From positions 1 to 46,861 of the forward strand of contig DYIV01000005.1 in assembly GCA_020723435.1 (NCBI GenBank): 46,861 nt of DNA, read 5' to 3'. Source of the DNA: Slackia heliotrinireducens. Lineage in GTDB: Bacteria; Actinomycetota; Aquicultoria; DYIV01. A program made the position numbers and the translations under genes. A model generated the notes under the pieces. The model saw only the letters and a program-made list of their open reading frames with translations. It was not told where the DNA came from and did no database searches. This document shows positions 42,183 to 46,861 of this stretch, piece after piece. The first letter of the stretch is position 1. Each line of letters opens with the position of its first letter.

Positions 42183-43394
42183 CTATGTGACCGGCCAGAA
42201 CTCGACTCTGTTGCGGCCCTTACGCTTGGCGTCGCGCATTGCCTTCTCGGCCATGTCGAGGACGTGCATCCCGCCTTCGGAGCCCCGGCCGCAGGCCGCC
42301 ACTCCAGGGCTGACGGTAATGCGTGCGGGGGACATAGCCGCGTCGTGAGAGAAATCCGTCTCCATCACGCTGGTGCGTATGCGTTCAGCGACGCGTACCG
42401 CGTCGTCAAGTCCGGTCTCCGGCAGAAGGATCAGGAACTCCTCCCCGCCGTAGCGAACCGCCAAGTCCATCTCGCGAATCTGCTTCATGATCAGCGTGGC
42501 GACATCGACCAGAAGCTTGTCGCCGGCGGCTCTTCCGTGGCTGTCGTTGTACTTCCTGAAGTGGTCGAGGTCGAGCATGACTACGGAAAACGGGCACTTT
42601 CGCCGCCGGGCTCTGGCGGCGTTCTCTTCCAGCGCGATGCGCATGAGACGCCGGTTGGCGAGGCCGGTGAGTGGGTCGTAGAGGGAGAGATCCCTGGTCT
42701 CTTCGGAGAGGCGAGCCATCTCCAGCGCCGCGCCGATCCGCTCCCCCACCGAGGAGAGCAGCTTCAGACGTCGCGCTTCCGGCTCGGCGCCGGGCGGCTG
42801 GTGGAGATGGAGCACTCCGAGAGTCCGGTGCATCGCTTTGAGCGGGACGATCAGGTGAGCACTCGGCTTCGATGCCCCCGCCGGCGCCGTGTAACGTGGA
42901 TCGGTCGATGAGTCGTGTGACGTCACGATTTCCGCCGTCTCGACAGCCAGGCCACACAGACACTCGCCCAGGCGCACTCCGGGACGGTCCGGGCGGATCG
43001 CGGGACAGGCGAACCGGTCTCGGGGCGAGGCGACGCGCAGGAAGTCACCGTCGACAGCGAGTATTGCCTGGTCCGTGTACTCGCGGAGGCCCTCAACGTC
43101 TGAGATGACCTCGAGTATGTTGCGCAGCAACTCGTCTCGATCAATGGCTTGCCCGGCCGAGCCGGAAACCGCGTAGATCGCTTCAAGCTCGGACTTGGTC
43201 AGCTCGAGCTCGCTGTGCTGACGGGAGAGTTGCTCCTTGACCTGGTCGTCGATGAGGGCATCCAGGCGATCCTCGCTACACGCCTGGGCCGCCCTTTCGG
43301 CGGCGGCCACGGCAAGCCAAAACCCCGCGTCCGGGCTCTGTCTGCCGGCGCCGTCAGAGCGAGAGCCAGCCTCTCGAGCCGATTGCCGCACCAT
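42183..43394 (-). CDS. Coiled-coil - GAF - GGDEF diguanylate cyclase
   Basis: ATG 43394 follows AGGAGG. A GAF-like region (ILEVISDVEGL...LIVPLKAMHRTLGVLHL) precedes the GGDEF domain, which has RYGGEEFLILL and the I-site REMD. Confidence 0.85.
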   Translation of the reverse strand: MVRQSAREAGSRSDGAGRQSPDAGFWLAVAAAERAAQACSEDRLDALIDDQVKEQLSRQHSELELTKSELEAIYAVSGSAGQAIDRDELLRNILEVISDVEGLREYTDQAILAVDGDFLRVASPRDRFACPAIRPDRPGVRLGECLCGLAVETAEIVTSHDSSTDPRYTAPAGASKPSAHLIVPLKAMHRTLGVLHLHQPPGAEPEARRLKLLSSVGERIGAALEMARLSEETRDLSLYDPLTGLANRRLMRIALEENAARARRRKCPFSVVMLDLDHFRKYNDSHGRAAGDKLLVDVATLIMKQIREMDLAVRYGGEEFLILLPETGLDDAVRVAERIRTSVMETDFSHDAAMSPARITVSPGVAACGRGSEGGMHVLDMAEKAMRDAKRKGRNRVEFWPVT

Positions 43395-43525
43395 GGGTGC
43401 CTCCTGGTCTACGTTCCCTGTCGTCCATTCCCAACTTCGACAACGACAAACCGCTTCGGCCGCGCGACCACTCAGGTCCAATGGGGTACACTGAAACAAC
43501 TGCATGCGAGGCGGAAGGGAAGACC

Positions 43526-43954
43526 ATGACACAGGCCAAGAAGGGTGACACCGTAAAGGTGCACTACACGGGCAAGCTGGACAGCGGCGAGGTCTTCGAC
43601 ACGTCGTCCGGCCGCGACCCACTGGAGTTCACGGTGGGCGCGAACCAGGTGATCCCCGGTTTCGAGGAGGCCGTCGTCGGCATGGCTCCGGGTCAGTCGG
43701 CAAGCACGACCATACCGGTCGACTCGGCCTACGGGCCTCGCCGCGACGATATGGTGCTCATGCTGGGCCGGGAGATGTTCCCCGCCGACATGGAGCTGGA
43801 GGTCGGCCATGTCCTACAGCTCCGCACGGAGTCGGGCGAGCAGTTCCAGGCCATGGTGATCGAGCTCGGGGAAGAGAAGGTTACGCTCGACGCGAACCAT
43901 CCCCTGGCCGGCAAGGACCTGACGTTCGACATAGAGCTCGTTGAGATCAAGTAG
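43526..43954 (+). CDS. slyD: SlyD-type FKBP peptidyl-prolyl isomerase with IF chaperone insert (no His-rich tail)
   Basis: GDTVKVHYTGKLDSGEVFDTS....PLEF.VG..QVIPGFEEAVVGM, an insert-in-flap segment, then LDANHPLAGKDLTFDIELVEI, the SlyD/FkpB pattern. ATG 43526. Confidence 0.9.
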   Translation: MTQAKKGDTVKVHYTGKLDSGEVFDTSSGRDPLEFTVGANQVIPGFEEAVVGMAPGQSASTTIPVDSAYGPRRDDMVLMLGREMFPADMELEVGHVLQLRTESGEQFQAMVIELGEEKVTLDANHPLAGKDLTFDIELVEIK

Positions 43955-44004
43955 CGACCGCGCCCGGTTGTGCTACCATATCGCCACTGCAGGCAGGGCA
44001 AGAG

Positions 44005-44571
44005 GTGTCATCAGTGGCAAACGATGATGGTCTCGCTAGGCTACGGCAACTCATCCTCGATCGCGCGGTCTCCTTCGGAGACGTTCAACTTTCCTCCGGG
44101 CAGGCAAGCAGATTCTACATCGACGGAAAGCAAGTGACGTTGTCCGCCGAGGGGGCGCTCCTGTTTGCCGAGTGTTTCCTGGCGACCAATCCCCCGGAAA
44201 GCTACGACGCCGTGGGCGGACCGACGCTCGGCGCCGATCCGATGGCCGCCGCCGTCAGCATGCTGTCGCAACAGCGCGGAACCCCGAAGCCCGCCTTCAT
44301 CGTGCGCAAGGCGGCGAAAGAGCACGGGAAGATGCGGAGGATCGAGGGCCCGCTGGCCGACGGCGCGCGTGTCGTAGTCGTCGAGGATGTGATTACCAGC
44401 GGCAAGTCGGTACTGGAGGCAATCGACGCGCTCGAGGCGGAGAAGGGCTGCCGGATCGTGAAGATAGTCTGCCTCGTCGACCGGCAGCAGGGAGCCGAAG
44501 AGGCGTTCGCCAGGCGGGGATACAACTTCGAGCCGCTGTTTACTGCGGCCGAACTGGGGATACAGCGCTAG
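44005..44571 (+). CDS. pyrE: Orotate phosphoribosyltransferase
   Basis: F.LSSGQ.S.FYID, GGPTLGADPMA and the PRPP-binding loop VVVVEDVITSGKSVLEAI. GTG start, exact start uncertain. Confidence 0.9.
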   Translation: MSSVANDDGLARLRQLILDRAVSFGDVQLSSGQASRFYIDGKQVTLSAEGALLFAECFLATNPPESYDAVGGPTLGADPMAAAVSMLSQQRGTPKPAFIVRKAAKEHGKMRRIEGPLADGARVVVVEDVITSGKSVLEAIDALEAEKGCRIVKIVCLVDRQQGAEEAFARRGYNFEPLFTAAELGIQR

Positions 44572-44693
44572 TCCGCCGGCAGGACCTCTTTGCCGCCACG
44601 CCGGCCTCCCCTCTCCCATGTCGGGGTTATCACATCAACCTGTTCGGCTATACTTCCACCTAGCAGTTTCTTCCTTACGATTGAGGAGGCGCC

Positions 44694-46861
44694 GTGGCCA
44701 CGCAACCTGCTCCAAAGAAGGCAAACATCTTCGTCATCATTGTCGTCGCCGCGATCTTCATGTTCTTCACCGCGCTCGGCGCGATCGTCTCCTTCTACAC
44801 GAACTACCTTTGGTTTCAGGAGGTCGGGTTCGTCTCCGTCTTCTGGAGAGAGCTCGGCGCCAGGTGGGCGATCGGCGCGATCTTCGGCGTCGTCTTCTTC
44901 ATACTGCTCTATGTGAACATATGGCTGGCGCGGCACTTCGCGCCGATGTATCCGCCGCTGCAGATAGTCGAGGGCGCCGCGACGCCGTTCGGCAAGGGCG
45001 GGCAGGCTGTCTCGATCGAGGACCTGGTCCAGCGCGTGCGCGCTTCCATCGATCCCTACGTCAAGTGGCTCCTTCTCGGCATCGCCCTACTGCTGGCGAT
45101 CGGACAGGCATCGGCGGCCTCGGAGAACTGGCTCGACTGGCTGCGCTTCGCCTACCAGGTACCCTTCGGCAAGACAGACCCTCTATTCAACCGCGATCTG
45201 GCCTTCTACTTCTTCACTCTGCCTGTCTATGAGTGGATCTATCAATGGCTGCTGTCGGCGCTCATCCTGACCACGATCGTCACGGCGATCGTCCACGTCT
45301 ACGGTGGCGCTATCCGTTTCGCGACGGGCGTCGAGCGGTTCGCTCCGCACGTCAAAGGTCACTTGTCCGTACTGCTCGGCTTCATCGCGCTCGTCAAGGC
45401 GTGGGGCTACAACCTCGACATGTACCGGCTGCTCTACTCGCCGCGGGGAACGGTGACCGGCGCCAGCTACACCGACGTCAACGCGCAGCTGCCCGCGCTC
45501 AAGCTGCTCGTCGTCATCTCCGTGATCACGGCGGCCCTGCTCATCATCAACATCCGGTCCAAAGGGTTTCGCCTGCCCGTGACGGCGGTCGGGCTGTGGA
45601 TCGCGGCTTCGGTGCTGGTGGGCGGCGTCTATCCGGCGCTCGTGCAGCAGTACCGCGTCGAGCCCAATGAGCTGCAGGCGGAGAAGCCCTACATCAAACT
45701 GAACATCGCGGCGACACAAGACGCCTACAACGTGGGCGACGTGAAGACGAGCCAATTCCCGGCCTCAACGAATCTGACCGCGGCCGACTTGGTCGAAGAC
45801 AGCGCCACGATCAATAACATCAGGTTGTGGGATCCGTCCACGCTGAAGAAGACCTACAGCCAGCTCCAGGAAATCCGCTTGTACTATACATTCAACGATG
45901 TCGACGTCGATCGCTACAGGCTCGACGGCGAGCTGCGCGAGGTGATGATCTCCACTCGCGAGCTCGACGTGAACCAGCTCCCCTCGACCGCTCAGACCTG
46001 GGTCAACTCGCACGTCATCTACACCCACGGCTTCGGCGCCGTCGTGTCGCCGGTCAATCGGGTCACGGGAGACGGCCTGCCCGACTTCGTCATCAGAGAT
46101 ATCCCACCCGAGTCGACGACGGGCCTGAAGATCGCCCAGCCGCGCATATACTACGGCGAACAGCCGGACAACTACGTCATCGTCGGTACGGGCCGGGCCA
46201 GCGAGTTCGACTATCCACTCGGCTCGACCAATCGCTACACGCAGTACAGGGGCAAGGGCGGCGTGCGGCTCTCCGGCTTCCTGCGCAAGGCCGCGTTCGC
46301 CGTCAAGTACTCGAGCCTGCAGATGTTTCTGAGCCCCTACGCGACGCCCGAGAGCAAGATCATGTTCCGGCGAAACATCCGCGAGCGGGTCAGCGAGATC
46401 GCGCCGTTCTTGGCCTACGACAGCGATCCGTACGCCGTAATAGTCGACGGGCGGATCGTCTTCGTGCAGGACGCCTACACTGTCTCGAACCGATATCCCT
46501 ACTCGCAGATGACCGCCGACATCAACTACATCCGCAACTCGGTGAAGGTCGCGATCGATGCCTACGACGGCACGGTCACTTTCTATCTGGTAGATGAGAC
46601 CGATCCCGTGGCGCGCGCCTACGCCAAGGTCTTCCCGGGCCTGATGAAACCTGCCGACGCGGTACCGGACGAGCTGCGAAGGCACTTCCGCTATCCGGAG
46701 GAGCTCTTCCTCGTCCAGGCGGAGATCTTCCGCGCCTACCACATGGAGAATCCGGAGGTCTTCTACAACCGGGAGGATTTGTGGGCCATCCCGACCTTCG
46801 GCACCACCGAGAGCGGCTCTCAGCAGCAGATGGAACCGTACTACGTTCTCATGCGCCCGCC
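44694..46861 (+). CDS. UPF0182 family polytopic membrane protein (5' part; runs off the window end)
   Basis: Not in the ORF track because it is open-ended. GTG 44694 follows GAGGAGG. I checked the frame at three points: VATQPAPKKANIFVIIVVAAIFMFFTALGAIVSFYTNYLWFQEVGF..., PLFNRDLAFYFFTLPVYEWI, NIRLWDPSTLKKTYSQLQEIRLYYTFNDVDVDRY, and at the end YHMENPEVFYNREDLWAIP. All are characteristic UPF0182 blocks. Confidence 0.85.
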   Translation, partial: MATQPAPKKANIFVIIVVAAIFMFFTALGAIVSFYTNYLWFQEVGFVSVFWRELGARWAIGAIFGVVFFILLYVNIWLARHFAPMYPPLQIVEGAATPFGKGGQAVSIEDLVQRVRASIDPYVKWLLLGIALLLAIGQASAASENWLDWLRFAYQVPFGKTDPLFNRDLAFYFFTLPVYEWIYQWLLSALILTTIVTAIVHVYGGAIRFATGVERFAPHVKGHLSVLLGFIALVKAWGYNLDMYRLLYSPRGTVTGASYTDVNAQLPALKLLVVISVITAALLIINIRSKGFRLPVTAVGLWIAASVLVGGVYPALVQQYRVEPNELQAEKPYIKLNIAATQDAYNVGDVKTSQFPASTNLTAADLVEDSATINNIRLWDPSTLKKTYSQLQEIRLYYTFNDVDVDRYRLDGELREVMISTRELDVNQLPSTAQTWVNSHVIYTHGFGAVVSPVNRVTGDGLPDFVIRDIPPESTTGLKIAQPRIYYGEQPDNYVIVGTGRASEFDYPLGSTNRYTQYRGKGGVRLSGFLRKAAFAVKYSSLQMFLSPYATPESKIMFRRNIRERVSEIAPFLAYDSDPYAVIVDGRIVFVQDAYTVSNRYPYSQMTADINYIRNSVKVAIDAYDGTVTFYLVDETDPVARAYAKVFPGLMKPADAVPDELRRHFRYPEELFLVQAEIFRAYHMENPEVFYNREDLWAIPTFGTTESGSQQQMEPYYVLMRP

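Noticed and set aside
45183-46742. Minus-strand ORFs 45183..45755 and 45765..46742, and plus-strand off-frame ORFs 44618..45232, 45233..45670 and 45827..46597
   Set aside because: The third plus frame, which is not listed in the track because it is open at the window end, encodes an uninterrupted UPF0182 protein with many family-specific blocks. The listed ORFs are shadows of it.

Overview
This is a 46.9-kb, visibly high-GC, gene-dense chromosomal segment. Strong AGGAGG-type ribosome-binding sites, lipoboxes, a PASTA kinase and a UPF0182 gene suggest an Actinomycetota/Chloroflexota-like, probably monoderm organism, but I cannot assign taxonomy from the sequence alone. I can support about 43 protein-coding genes, three tRNAs (Ser-UGA, Ser-GCU, Arg-ACG), one M-box (Mg2+) riboswitch upstream of mgtE, and two hairpin terminators between convergent genes. 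I found no transposase, integrase, prophage or CRISPR signal. Two real genes are missing from the ORF track because they run off the window: a response-regulator 3' end at 1..110 and a UPF0182 gene at 44694..>46861. Housekeeping genes (cspA, ychF, mgtE, thiL, pyrE, slyD-like, FKBP, 5-FTHF cyclo-ligase) are interspersed with accessory genes for large secreted enzymes and signalling proteins. The observations most worth follow-up are these. (1) A very basic, Tyr-rich ~100-aa C-terminal module recurs on four otherwise unrelated exported enzymes (MA-clan metalloprotease, clan GH-A glycosidase, RCC1-like propeller, S8 subtilase). It may be an undescribed envelope-anchoring or sorting module. (2) The glycosidase gene is split by a +1 frame change exactly at CUU UGA C, the heptamer used for programmed frameshifting in prfB. 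(3) A small exported peptide carries three near-identical Cys-containing repeats and sits between the RCC1 gene and a PAS-GAF-GAF-PAS sensor fused to an RsbW-type ATPase. (4) A tightly coupled operon pairs an archaeal-type PEP carboxylase with a free-standing archaeal ThrRS editing domain and a DUF72 protein. All functional calls rest on motif recognition by eye, since no database search was possible.
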